From positions 8,560,001 through 8,624,000 of the forward strand of contig CAVNZM010000012.1 of the NCBI GenBank assembly GCA_963693365.1: a stretch of DNA of 64,000 nt, given 5' to 3'. Positions within the stretch are counted from its first letter, which is position 1. Each line of letters opens with the position of its first letter. A program made the position numbers and the translations under genes. The notes under the pieces are model-generated. The model was not told the DNA's origin and ran no database searches. It was given only the letters and a program-made list of their open reading frames with translations. The stretch is from Amoebidium appalachense (lineage: Eukaryota > Protista > Ichthyosporea). Of this stretch, positions 1 through 13,445 are shown in pieces.

Positions 1-863
1 TAAATATTTTTTAAATAAATAGTGGACGTGCTGATGCTCCTGGGCCCCAGTGTTTTCTGCTTCAATGGCAAGCAGCTCGTCATATGGCTGTGTGCCGCGC
101 TGAGGGATACTGGCAAGCACACGGCAGTCTTAACCCTCCCTTCCCACTCGCTCCACACGTGCACACACACACACCACCATAGAGGTTGACAACATGTATC
201 GGATTCCCGAGTTATTATCTTGGTGTTGTACAATAAACTTTGAGCCAATCAAATCTGGCGTTTAGTTTGGGTATTACAGCCACCCCGCCCAGCGTTGTGC
301 CTGTAGTGCAACCTTTAATCTCTAGCAGAAGAACTAGATTATAAAAAGATCACGTTAACTGATGTAGGAGATATAGCCTAGATTATTCCCCAAAAAAGCA
401 AAAAAAAACAAACAAACACAGGCAATACAAAAATTGCATACATTATTCCCCCAAAATTCCAGGCAATTACTATCACTGAATTGCCCCCTAAACACCCCTT
501 ATAAATCTCGTGAGGAATCTCGTGCTATCTTGCTGTGGAAAACAACATGGAAACCAATCAATTGAAAGCTTAGGACGAAAAATAAGAGAAAACTATCTTT
601 TGCATGAAGAAGCTGGGGGGAGTAAAAAGAAACCCCCTAGAAAAGGATGCCTCGTATAAGGTTTAGACACCATCTATTTCTCCTAATCATGTTTTGTTAT
701 GAAGTACTAGGGAGCTCGCACACACCAACTCCCACTTCCATAAAACACAACTCCAAGCCTTAACACCGTCACCCCGCCGTGCCTTACACCTCCACACTCC
801 GTCTCACGCGAACACGTGCACACACACTCACACCCACCCAATCACGTGGTCTTGTGTATTTCC

Positions 864-1045
864 TCAAAAGGCAGGTGCGTTGGAGCCGAATTCCTCCCTC
901 AGAATGGAGCGGAAGAGTTCCCTCAACTCCTCCACGGTGTATTTTTTGTCGCTGGCAACCGCACTGGTGACGATCTGCTCGGGGAGAGAGATGGTGCTGG
1001 GCTGGGGGGTCTTGGGAAGAACAGCCTCACCTGGTGGGAAGAAAA

Positions 1046-1076
<31 letters not shown>

Positions 1077-1344
1077 GAAACTAGAATGTGCTATAGATGG
1101 TGGGATGGGGGGTTTTAGAACGTGCTCAATTAAGATGTTGGGAAGGAGGTTTTTGGAATGTGCAAGAGAGCTGGGAAGGGCGATTGTAGAATGTGTTTGA
1201 GTGTTAAAGTATGCGCACTCATGACCGACAACACAATGAGGAGTGCACATAGAGGGGGGAGGGGGGGGGGGGGGAGGGGGGGGAGGAGGTTGGTAAAAAG
1301 ATAATGGCGGGGTGTAAGGTGTGGGGCGTAGTGGTGTCGGGAGA

Positions 1345-1377
<33 letters not shown>

Positions 1378-4300
1378 TGCAATGTGTTGCACTCAAGGTG
1401 TGGTGTGGTGATGTGTGGGGGTGAGGTGAGGGCTAGGTGGGTAGGTGGTGTATATGTGTGTGTGGGAAAAAGGGGGAGGGAGACATACCATCCTGGGGTT
1501 TGCTCTTGAGGCCGTCATCAGGGTTTGCAGGCATGGGGGTATGGTACTCCTTGGACACGGCAAGGGCACGTGCATACGTGTAGTAGCGGCCCAGCTGCTT
1601 CCAATCGATTAGCTCCGATAAGCGCTCCGTGCGATTGCGAAGTTGGATGCGTTCGCGGCGGCTCATCTTGCAGAAGTTGAACATCACCTTGGTCAGCTGT
1701 TGGACAGATTCCTCAGGAGATTTGAATCTGCGATCGATCACGTACGTACCGCACGCGTCGTAATCTTTCACGTGTTTTTCGATGAAGCCACCAAACCCTG
1801 CAAGATTAGACGTGATGGAGGGCACGCCCATGACGGTGCACTCGGCAGGGGTGTAACCCCAGGGTTCGTAATACGACGGGAAAACACCGAGGTGGTTTCC
1901 GCGCACGAACGTGTCGTAGTCGAGGGGCAGAAGTGGGGAGGTGGAGGAGAGGAACTGGGGATGGAAGATCACCTGTACGTGGGAGAGGGGGGGGGGGGGG
2001 GGGGGGGTGTTCAGTGATGGGGGAGAAGAGGAGCAGTGGAGAGGAGGCGGCCCCCAAATGGGGGGGGGGAGGGGGGGGAGGGGGGGGGGGGGATACGATG
2101 GCGTTTTGTGGTGACAGACATGTGTACAAAGAAGTGTGTGTATGTGTGTGTGTGCAAGACAGAATTTCCCAAAGACGGGTGCCCCATGTCTGTGCGTGTG
2201 CGTGTGTGGGCGTGTTTTCTCTACGGGGGGTGAGGGGGGAGGGGTAGATACAAAATCGAGAAGGGACATATACATCGATTGAGGAAGATAGGGAAACGGG
2301 TGTGCGGCAGTAAATCGAGCATGGTGGACATATCGACGCGTGACATATAACCATGAAAAAGAATTCAGAAAGAGTACTATACACACCTTCACCCTATCGT
2401 GGCGGTTGTTGAACAGCTGGCAGCGCCTCAGGTTGGCCAACACCGGGTCAGTGGCATCATCCACCAGGTTATGGGTGACAATGGGGGGCAGGGTGTGGCG
2501 CTGGTACGAATACACACACCGCTTGAGCTTCACCATATCTTCCTTCGAGATAAGCTCATCTTGTTTGGTGTCCGGCATACGGCCAGACTGGCAAATGTCA
2601 AACAGACGGTCGCCAAAGTTGTCTTTAATATCGGCAATGGTGTCACGCAGCTGTGTGTGTGTGTGTGTGTGGGTGGTTGGTGGTGGTGGTGGGGGGGGAT
2701 GATGAGAGTGAGTGGGAGGCGTGGGTGTGTGTGTGTGGATGGGTGGGGTGAGGTGAGTGGAGAAGGTGGGGGGGGGGGGGGGGGGGGGGGGGAGAAGGAA
2801 ATTTTGGGTAAGTGGTTGCGAGGATGATGAAAAGGGAGGAGGGGGGGGGGGGGGGGGGGGGGGAGCAGCCAGGTTTGGGGATGCCGAGAGGAGACAATGC
2901 TGATTAAGCCAAAAGAAAAGAGAACCACGACAGCATTTCCCTTACACCATCCTGCCATCACACCTTATTCGTAATCTTCACCTAGGACAGCCTGCCCAGA
3001 CCCCCCCCCCTCCCCCCCCCCCCCCCTCCCCCCCCCCCCCCCCCCCCCCCCCCCCGTCGTGCAGCATCCGACACTTCCAGACCGTCTTAACCCAACCTAC
3101 CACATTCCACACACCCACAAACAACAACACAAGCTCCAGCCTCCTCCCTTCTCATCCCACCTACCCACCCTACCAAATGCGGCATTCATTGTCATCCCAG
3201 ATTCCAAATGCCAGCCCCCCTCCCCCCCCCCCCCCCCCCCCCCCCCAGGCGCCCAAACACAAACACGTACACCCACCCACCCACCTTACCCTCCCCCCCG
3301 CCCACACACACCACCACTACCACTACCACAAACACACGTACGTCCACACACGGGCACACGTACATCCACCTATTCACATCTCCCCCACACCCCCTCCCCC
3401 CACACAAACCCGCACCCACACCCACACAGATCCCCCCTCCCCCCCTCTTCTCCCCCCCCCCCCCCCCCCAACCCACCCACCCACCCAACCCCCCCCCCCA
3501 CACACACACACGTACACGTACAAACCTGCTTAGCCACCGCCTGCCCCTCCAGCGCCTCCACGTTGAAGCTCGTTGTCCTCCCCGCCATGATAATGAACGC
3601 AATCACAGTCACATCGCTCTTTGCAGCAAGAAGCTCGGCGTTCAACCGAGCAAGGGCTTCTATAAACATGTCACACCCCTTATTGGAGAACTCGTACCTT
3701 CCGGCAAGGAAGAAGTAGAGGGTTTTGTCTAGGGAGAAGTCTAGGTGGCCGTGGAAGTGGCCGCGGATGAACTGGTTGATTTTTTCCTTGGCCTGAGGGG
3801 GGAAGAGGGGGGGGGGGGGGGGGGGGGGGGTATGTGTGTGTGTGTACGAGTGTGGGGTTGTGTAGGGGTACATGTGTGTGTGTGTGTGTGTGTACGCACA
3901 TGTGCGTGTAGTTGGTAGTTGGAGGTGTAGGTATGCGTGTGCGTGTGATATGCGTGTAACATACGTTGGCGGGTGAGCGGAAGAGCGCAAGTGTGGTTCG
4001 GAAGAGAGATGTGGATTGTTTCGAGATATGTCCGGTGAGTGCCTCGTTTTCAACCAGGCAAACCCGTAAATGGCAGGGAGGAGGGGGAGGGGAAGGGAGG
4101 GGAGGGGGAGGGGGAGGGGGGGGTGTATATGTTAGAACAGTGTAGGTGGTTGGATGTCTGTACGTGCTCAGGGCAGGGGACCACAGGCAGGGACGGGCAG
4201 AAGAAAGAAAAAGGAAAAGAAACAAGGGTAGAAGATAAGGGCAGTCGAGGTTATGCCCCCAGGCAGGGAAGGGGAGGGAGGAAGGGAGGGGAGGGGGGGG

Positions 4301-5040
4301 GGGGAGGGAGGGGGGGTTTGAATGCGGAACACGGTACGAAGTATGCATACACAATGAGAAGCATGGTGCAGGACACATGCAAAGGCAAACATTCAAGTGT
4401 GCATCATCAGCAATGCGCACAGTATGCATCATAAGCAGAGCCCATCCTCAGGGAGGGCCCCAAGTCATCAATTGCGTCTGAGTTTCGACCCTTTGGGTGG
4501 GGGGGTGGGGAGGTGGGGAATGGAACAGAGTAGAGGAGGGATAGAGACAACAAGACTGCTCGGGCCCGGCCATTACTGCCTTAAAAATACGACATTTCCA
4601 ATGCACACAGCCCATTCATTGGTGGATCTAAGCTAACACAACTGCATACTGCACCCCTCATTACACTTACCCACCACGTGCTACCATGACGTAATATTAT
4701 AATATACCTACCATGGGCCATGTACCAATCATCACACACCCCAAACTCTTAGATCTACATACCAACCCATTCGTCCACCAATCACCACGCACCCCAACTA
4801 ATAGACCTGCATACCAGCACATCCATCCACCAATCACCTCGTACTTCAATTAGTAGATGCACATACCTGAGCGTGCAGGTTCTGGAACTCGTGGAGGGCT
4901 GCAAAACGCTGCACGTTGAGCCCGTTGGGCGTGACGACATCCGGCTGGCGTTGCAGGAGGTACTTTGCCTCCCAGGCAGTGATCTCGCTCACAGTCGTGA
5001 ACACGTGCGCACTGTGTGCAGATGCCTTTTCGATCGCGTA

Positions 5041-5098
<58 letters not shown>

Positions 5099-5168
5099 GG
5101 TATGGGTAGGAGGTGTACAGGGGGGTAAAATGCGTTAAGATGTATTCAATAGAGGTTACTGAGGGCGC

Positions 5169-5199
<31 letters not shown>

Positions 5200-7832
5200 A
5201 TACAAGGGGGGAAAGAGGTATTATGCCCAGAAAGGAGAGAATGATGGGGGCAGATGTGGAGAGGAGGGAGGGAGGGAGGGAGGGTGAGAGGGGGGGGGGG
5301 GGGGGGAGGGGGGGGAAGTGGAGGGCATGCATGCAAGCTGTTGGAAATAAGACACACGCATACCTATGCAAGGCATATTCCACACAATAAACACACATAC
5401 CTGTGATAAATCATGCGCTTGCCAGCCTCGGCATCCGGGTCGACGTGTTCCAATTGGTTGTACGCGTCGAACGAGGGGTCGGCACAAAGATAGCGACCGA
5501 GCAGGGTGGCGTGGGTGGTGAAAACGGTGGCAATGGGAAGGAGACGAGTGCGGGCAAGAATCAGGCCAATGCCTACCAACCACTCGTGGAAGTGGGCGAC
5601 TGCCTTGAAATCTCCCTGGTTCATCTCCTTGCTGTGTGTGTGGGGGGGAAGGGGGGGGGGGGGGGGGGGGGGGGTTTAAATGCGGAACACGGTACGAAGT
5701 ACGCATACACGATGAGAAGCATGGTGCAGGACACATGCAAAGGCAAACATTCAAGTATGCAACATCAGCCATGCGCACAGTATGCGTCATAAGCAGAGCC
5801 CATCCTCAGGGAGGGCCTAGGGGGGGGGGGGGGGGGGGGAGGGGGAGGTTTGAATGCGGAACACGGTACGAAGTACGCATACACGAAGGACACATGCAAA
5901 GGCAAACATTCAAGTATGCAACATCAGCCATGCGCACAGTATGCGTTATAAGCAGAGCCCATCCTCAGGGAGGGCCCAAGTCATCAATTGCGTCAGAGTT
6001 TGGGGAAAGGGTGTATGGAAAGGGAGGGGAGATGGGGGGAAGGGGGAGAGGGAGGGGTGTGGGTGTGTGCGTGTGGGGGGGGGGGGGGGGGGGGGGGGGG
6101 GGAGGGAGGGGGAGTGGATGTTAGGCAGGTGGGAAGATGGTCTGAGGGAGGTGAGCAGAGGGTATTGGAGGGGCCACATGCAAGGTGGTGGGGAAGGAGT
6201 GAGGGAGGGAGGGAAGGAGAAAGGGGAATGAGTGTTTGAGAGGGGTGAGACGATCCGTAGGGAGGACAGGTGATGTTTGTGAGGAGTGGAAAAGTAATGG
6301 AAAATGATTCCTGTCGAATATATGGGGCCATGTGTGACTGCCAGAGATGGGGTGGGGTGTTTGTGCCCTGCAGGGGGGAGGGGGGGGGGGGGGGAGGGGG
6401 TTGCGGGGAGGAGGAGGCAAAAGGGAGGCATGGTATGGAGGTGGCGATGATGAGGTGAAGGAATGCACTCCTCTCTCCTTGGCCCAAGGTGTGTGTGTGT
6501 GTGTGTGTGTGTGAGGGAGGGGAGGAAGGGGGGAACGGGAGGCTTGCTGAATAAGCAGCCCGTAACCCCTCCCCGCCTTGAAGTTTGTGAGCACTATAAT
6601 TACGAGTTTAGAGGTTTGTACGTGAGCATTACATCTATTAATAGGGCGTCAGAAACTTCACTTCAAAGTATTAAAAATAAAATTTATAAAACAATAAAAA
6701 AAAGTAGGAAAAAGGGTCTGTACCTTTTCCTCACGATACACTCCAGGAACCAGTAGACACAGTTGCCAAACACGGTGGCGTTGTTGCTCTCAAAGTCTGC
6801 CTCGGGCAGATCGATGTGGCAGTCCTTGTGCAGGGCATACTTCCACTCATCACACTTGCCGCGCTGCGAATCCAAATCGAACAGAATCACCTGTGTAACA
6901 AACACTACTGTTAGAATGTGTTATGGTTTATTCGTGTTGTGTTCTTGCTTCATCCCCTATGTAATTCCCTATCGATCTCCCATTCCAACTATTCTTTATG
7001 GTGAGTTTTCTATGCTTTCAATCCTTTTTGCATGTGTCTCCTTTCCTATGCAATCATCATGACCTTAACCACTGTTCTTGGATGTGCTACTATGAACTCT
7101 TCTTGCCCACAGGTGTGCCCAAACCTCGAAACTCATTCCTCTCCCCCCCCCCCCCCCCTCCCCCCTCCCCCCCATTTCCTTCCTCCTTTTACCCTTCTCT
7201 CCCTCTATGTGTGGTGTGTTGTGTCTCTCTTGTTCTTCTTCTCCATTACCCCCCCCCCCCCCCCCCCCCTTCCCTCCCCCCGCCCCCTTCTTTGTTCTTT
7301 TTTTCCTTACTCTGCCTTTCCCTATGCACACCCACCTATCCATCAATAGTTGCCCCACACAAACACCCATCCTCACCAACCGCCAGCCAGACATAATACA
7401 ACACACCCACAGATAACCACACTTCTCTATTACCCCACATTTATTACAAACACAGCCATAGCCAAAGTACCTCTTGCACAGTGCAAACGGTACTTCTCGC
7501 ACAGTGCAAACGGTACCTCTTACACGGTGCAAGTAGTGCTTCCAGCCAACACCCACCTGAGGGTAGCCATCAATGAGCCAGCGACCAGTCACTATGCGCA
7601 CACCGGCAGCTCTCAACTCATCAATAGCGGCCTTGACAATGGGGTTGCTCAGTTCGGCCTGTTCGACCTCAGTACGGATTGCACTCTCATTGACAGGCCC
7701 AATGGCGTAATAGTTGTCTCCAAGCTCCTCGCAAGTTACGGGGGCCTTAGAGCGGATCACTGTGTAGATACCGCCCACTTTGTTGCACACCTCCCATGCT
7801 ACCTCGAAAACGGGAACGTTGGACTTCGCCAT
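864..7832 (-). CDS. GYS: Glycogen synthase (GT3 family), 8 coding exons, 676 aa
   Basis: Exons (minus): 7832-7557, 6890-6724, 5631-5401, 5041-4867, 3792-3526, 2650-2387, 1972-1489, 1030-864. All junctions are GT-AG and phase-compatible (2031 nt). Motifs: [64 protein letters not shown], Arg cluster [16 protein letters not shown] probable 5' UTR intron has its acceptor at 7843 and donor near 8264. Confidence 0.96.
4315..4491 (-). mobile_element. Dispersed SINE/LINE-3'-end-like repeat, copy A (poly-C-tailed on minus strand)
   Basis: Near-identical to 5673-5817 and 5847-6001 and related to 39471-39617. Shared core (plus strand): ggtttgaatgcg...tacgaagt...agtatgcatcataagcagagcccatcctcagggagggccc(c)aagtcatc...gagtttcgacc, preceded by a G-run. 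Confidence 0.65.
5673..6001 (-). mobile_element. Two head-to-tail copies (B, C) of the same repeat, each with its own poly-G/C tract
   Basis: Copies at 5673-5817 and 5847-6001 are separated by a G-run; copy C lacks tgagaagcatggtgc. Both lie in glycogen synthase intron 2. Confidence 0.7.
7467..7532. repeat. 23-bp minisatellite (~3 copies)
   Basis: gtacctcttgcacagtgcaaacg-like units in tandem at the start of glycogen synthase intron 1. Confidence 0.8.
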
Positions 7833-7863
7833 CTTGGATACTCTGTGTGTGTGTATGTGTGTA

Positions 7864-7901
<38 letters not shown>

Positions 7902-7996
7902 CAAGTGTGTGTGTGTGTTGGGGGGGGGGGGGGGGGGGGAGGGGGAGGGGGAGATGGAAAGGGGCAGGGGAGGATAGGGGGGGAGGGGGGGGAGGA

Positions 7997-8030
<34 letters not shown>

Positions 8031-8925
8031 GCATGGTAGAAAAAGTAGGAGGCGAGAGGGTACGGCAAGGAGAGGAAGCAGGTGGGGCATGAGGGAGGAG
8101 ATGAGTAAGGCAGAAACGGTGGGAGGAAGAATACTGGGAATGAGAGAGAAAGAAAGCGCAAGTTTAGGAAGTGGAAAGAAAGAACCAGCAAGACTGTCGT
8201 TGCTTAGACAACATGAACTATGAGAAAGGGTAGGTAATCAACCTCAAGAGCGATCAAAACGTACCGGTCACACACACCACAGTATCAATACGTTCTACGA
8301 ACAAAACTGGCCTGCGGGTGTTTTTTTTTTCCAGCTTCGAAGGATAACTTTGTTTCAGTGTGTGTGGTCGAGAAGAGTGTTTTTGGTTCGTCTCAAGCCC
8401 GGGTCGGTTGTGTTAGCCAACCAACACCGTTAACCTGTTACAGGTCTATCACAAAACATACGCAAATATTGTGACTGCAAGTATTGCATTTTGGCTCTTA
8501 CCTGGGAAAGCTAGACTAGCTAGTGATACTTCTGAGTTGTGTCAAAACGGACCTTCCTCACAGTGCTAGTAAGCGGGTGTGATGCGAAAAAGCTTCCTGT
8601 GTACAAATTTGGGTGCATGAATCATTTTATATTCGGAGGCCTCCCTTGCATTCCGGTTAATTCTGCACATTAAACCGGTTTGCTGATTGGCTGAAACAAA
8701 ATGTGTTCGAAATAAATTGAAGTTGATGGGGGGTTTACGCTGTTTACTCGAGGCAAAGAGAACCAGTCTCAGGTATGGGGGGGGGGGTTTTGCTCGGAAT
8801 ATCCCCTCAGCGGTATATCATGATCACGTACATAGATGTCGGGTGGTGACTATATATCAGGGTTTACTTTCTCTACGAGACACCATAAAGACTACAAGGA
8901 GAAATCAATTAGTTGGGGTTCCCCC

Positions 8926-8970
<45 letters not shown>

Positions 8971-9235
8971 TTGATGGTGGTGTTGGATTTCATTTTAGCA
9001 GATTAGAAAATTGGCCAAAGCACAAAAAAAATGCAAAGGACATTATAATATTTGGAGATATGTTATTGACCAGATTTATATGTGTTTTACTGGTTACAAC
9101 ATTAAAGACATACTTGTGCTTGATTTGAGAAATGTTTGGGTAAAAATGGTGTGCTCTTGAAGATTCACATTTCAGCGAACAGAGCTAACTGATTCATCAA
9201 TTGTCACGTAAGCTATTTACCAGATAAACCCAAAG

Positions 9236-9450
9236 CCAATCAAAGCACATACCACACTGTGGCTTTTACAAGATTGTGACGTTTATCCAATTATAAACTA
9301 GAGAAACGGCTGAGCCATCTTTTGTCAGCCAATCACCGCAGACAGCAAATAGTTATGTTGGATCTCAAACCAATCAAATCGAGGGAGGTGAAAATCAGCA
9401 GGAACCGGGATTTTAGCCCTTGTGATTGGCCGTGGCTTTACCATATATGG
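9236..9450. promoter_or_regulatory. Cluster of CCAAT boxes plus a CArG box
   Basis: CCAAT at ~9236, 9287, 9329 and 9370, ATTGG at 9425, and CCATATATGG at 9441-9450. It lies ~1.2 kb upstream of the putative glycogen synthase 5' exon. Function is not demonstrated. Confidence 0.3.
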
Positions 9451-11927
9451 AGATTTTGCTATTTCCTCGTTACTAAAAAAGGCATCTTCTGACTGATTTG
9501 TCCGTTTTGTTGTGCTTTCTTCTTGATGTCGGTCTTACAAACATGTAGCCCCATGTAGCCTATAGCTAGGTAGGCTATTCTCGCCGGGGGAAGAGCAGTA
9601 ACTCAACTGAGCCTCAGGACCAGCCAAACCAATATGCAAAAGTGTCAAGTTCGCTGTAGACTTTATGCTATAAGCTTTGTTACCCTTTCTCATGCCTGAA
9701 CATCTACCTGTGCATGTGCATGTGCACTACCTAGCCGCGTGTAGAGTAAATGTCAGTTCCAAGTGTTCATGTTTGCACCAGTAAGCTTTCCAATCCGTGA
9801 GCGCCTGCTTCGAATGAAAGTGCCCCTGCAGAAAAGTACGCGTGCTTCAGGCGGCTGATAAGAATCTGCTAACGTTGGGTATGTTGTTGCTATTCCTTGG
9901 AACCATCTACATCTTGTGCACAGACGTGTGTGTACATGTACATGTTTGCATATAAAGGAGCACGGAAGCGCTTACAGACACACACGAGTCCGCGTGCATG
10001 TGCACACATACGCGCGGACTAAGCAAGCGCACTGTCAAATAACAGTCTTGGTGACCAGTTCAGAGCTGCTGCACGCAACGGAAAAAGGCACACAGGCATA
10101 TAGACTAGGCACACCAAGCACACACCACATCGTCCAGAGATCGCCGTTGGACTTTAACCACTGAATCGCCAACCTACAAGCATACACAAGCACTGCATGA
10201 CTACTCCCGCTGTGCATGGTACAAAACATGAAACGGGAATCTGACACAACTCGTGGGAAAGATCTGGACAACAGCGCATAGAATTTTGCGTAGATGGGCA
10301 CGATCTCCTTTGTCATGATCATCAGATGCATGTTGATGCTGACAGCAAAATGAAAAGATTTGGATGACAGCGTGTCAATGTTTTGCGTAGATGGGCATGA
10401 TGTCTTGTGTCATGATTGGTTTAACACTCGCTGGTAATAGGATGCAGGTTGACACGGAGACCAAAATGCATGCAGTGTGTACTACACTGTTACAGCTCAA
10501 TTTCTCGATGATCCTTTTGAACTCAGTTATCCTTCTGAACCTGCGCTAAACTAAACTCAGCTATCCTTATGTATTGCGCTATTTGCAAGAACACCTTGAG
10601 TTTTTTTTTAAGTTTTTTTTTTTTTTTTTTTGGGAACTATTTGCATGATTCATAAAGCTTGGCAAAGTTGGTCGGTTGAGAAAAAGTTGCTGTGGCTGCT
10701 GTTGTAGTTGCCCATAGGTATTTTCTGCAGTGTATTAAAATGCCAATAAAGCTTCGTTTCTGTAGCTATGCTCCCCCTCCTATCTGTTGTTATCTTCACC
10801 GGTGGGGCCCCGGGATGTATAGGAACCATTTATTACCCCCTTCCCCCCCTCCCACTCTCTCCCTCCCTCCCTCCCCTCTCCTCCCCCCCCTCCCCCCTCC
10901 CCCTCTCCCCCCCAGCCAGCCTTCTCCACCCCTTTCCAACCGGTCAGTTCCGAACCCGTCTATCTCACCTTCAATATGATCCACGAACATGCACACGAGC
11001 TAATAGACCCCTCCCTCCCTCCCTCCCCCCTCCTTCCCTTCCCCCAAAATGATGAATACTGTTTTTTTGTGCAAAGCTTTGCATCGCAAGTGTGTTGTCT
11101 GTCATAAAATGTGTACTGTATGTCTGTAGCGCATCAAAAGACTTTGCCCTTCTAGCCCCCTCCCCCCTCCCCAATCCCCCCCAACCCCCCCTACACCCAC
11201 CCACCCACCCACCACCCCACCGCGTTATCTTAAAGCCTCTTTATTGTTCTTTCTGACCTTATGGCATGCCTCTTAGAGCTACCCGCATTTCCGGTGCAAT
11301 CGATTCTGCAACCCGCGTTTTTTCTTCGAGTTTCTTCATTCTTCTCCTTCCCTCTTCCCAATCATGACCGGCTCTTTCCACGTAAGGGAAAGGGGGGGGG
11401 GGAGGGCGGGGGGCGGGTCAATCATGCTTCTTCCTTGTGCAAGCATGGGGAGGGAACTTAAACTGCATGGCCAGCTCCGAGGACGAACCCCCCCTCCCCC
11501 CCCCCCCCCCCCCCCCCCCCCCCGCCCTGCGCGCAGCCGGGCTTTCAAACTTTGAAGGCGGGGTCAAGTAGTCTTGCACCTTTCTTCAGCCATCTCCTTC
11601 CTCTCCCCACCCTCTCCCTCGCCCCTCCTTCTTCTCACTACCTGCCCCCCTCCCCATCTCCCCTCCCCCCATTCCCCAATCCTCTCCCCTACCCCAGCCT
11701 TCCCTCCTCCCCCTCCCTTGCCCCCCCCCCCCCCCCCCGCACCTTCCCCCCCAAGTAGTGATGCGGGGGAGGGAGGGGGGGGGGGGGGGGTAACATGGAG
11801 TTGGCAGGTGTGAGGTCTTTTTTTCGTATGCTGCTGCTGTGGAAGTATCATGGTCAATCTGCAATCCAATTGTTCAGCGGGTTGGCAAATAAGGCTATTA
11901 GCGAGTGCAGGTGCACGTGGTGATGAC

Positions 11928-12028
<101 letters not shown>

Positions 12029-12311
12029 TATGGTTTCAAAAGCTGCGCCTCTGAGGTGGTGGATGAAGAGACGGAGCCGGCCGGAAGGAGCCAAGGGGGG
12101 GGGGGGGGGGGGGGGGGGGGGAGGGGTTTGGAGATATCTGTCATTGACTGTATGTGTTGCGAATGGGTTAACCTTTAATGGGATGGCCAAAAATATCCAA
12201 ATGGCTCCGAAATTTCGAGGGACGCAGAGAAACCTTAATGACGGGAAAGGCGAAGGGGTAAGCCTTTCCTGAATGTGGAAAAGATGCTTTTGTGGGGGAG
12301 TGGGGGAAGAA

Positions 12312-12361
<50 letters not shown>

Positions 12362-13413
12362 GGCTATATGCAAGATGTCGACAGGAACATTAGTGGGGAA
12401 GGGGGGGGCGGGGGGGTTTGGCCCCAGAGCAGGGGGGGGGGGGGGGGGGGGAGTTAAAATTTGTGTAAGTTTCATATGCGGCTATACGTGCAGCCCGGTG
12501 TGAATAGGCAGTTGCTGTAACGGTCTTTGTGGTGTCACGTCCCAGGTTACTGAGTGAACCTTTGTTTGATATGAGCAGTAGCGTAAGAGGATACGGTGAA
12601 CGCCTCATTTCTTTGTTTATATTCTATGGCATCATCAACTTGCTTCAATAAGGCCCCTTATGGCTTGCATAATCCAGTGTCTTACGGAAAAGCGCCCTGG
12701 GGAAGTGAAAAGAGGGGGGGAGGGTGAGAGATGGAGGAATGGGGGCTCTATTACATCCGACCTTCCTCCCCCCCCCCCTATCCCCCCCTTGCGTGCAGAT
12801 GTCGCACACACACACACACGTACACCGTGGCACAGACACACAGACACAGACACACACACACACAAACACACACACCACCCCACCTCACACCCCCGGGCTA
12901 CATTCCCCCGCCGAGTATTTTGTTGAACTTGGAAGGAAAAATTGACTACCAACTTCAGGATCATGGCGCATAGGTGCCGATCGACCAGCCTTTTCAAGCT
13001 TTTCCCCTTCCAGCCACCATGCCTGCTGTGTTCAAATGTTGAAACACAAGGGCTTAGTGAGGGATGTTGAGCGAATGATGTTAAATAGTGATATTGTGAT
13101 CGATGGATCTAGGTACAAACGGAGAAGGGCCCCGGGGAGTTGGGGGGTTGGTGGTGGTGGTGGTGGGGAGGGGGGGAGGGGGAGGGGACGGGGTGTTGAG
13201 CAGTAAGCAGATTTATTACCCTGGTACAAAAGCAAGAAAATCATTAATAATTATTGCAGCAAGAGAATTGGAATCCGTGAGCGCACTGAGAAGAATGCCT
13301 GCAGCTCCCTCCCATGCAAGTTTCCCTGAAAGCAGAGCCTAGCCCTCTGGTATACCAAAATGGTCTTGCCTATGGTGCACTCGTGGTGGAGGTAGTCGGT
13401 GGAAAGGGGGCCG

Positions 13414-13445
<32 letters not shown>

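Noticed and set aside
4434-4480. HDV-like ribozyme or SECIS element in the same repeat
   Set aside because: CCC-AUCCUCA-GGG resembles P3/L3, but no P2 partner follows. The SECIS apical AA and 3' GA are absent, and the copies are intronic.
4431-4491. Hammerhead ribozyme in the dispersed repeat (minus strand has CUGAGGA and CGAAAC)
   Set aside because: I could not build stems I-III around the cores, and CUGAGGA lies inside a different hairpin. An Infernal search would be needed to overturn this.
5673-6001. CRISPR-like array
   Set aside because: The context is a eukaryotic intron, the units are ~150 bp with no unique spacers, and no cas genes are present.
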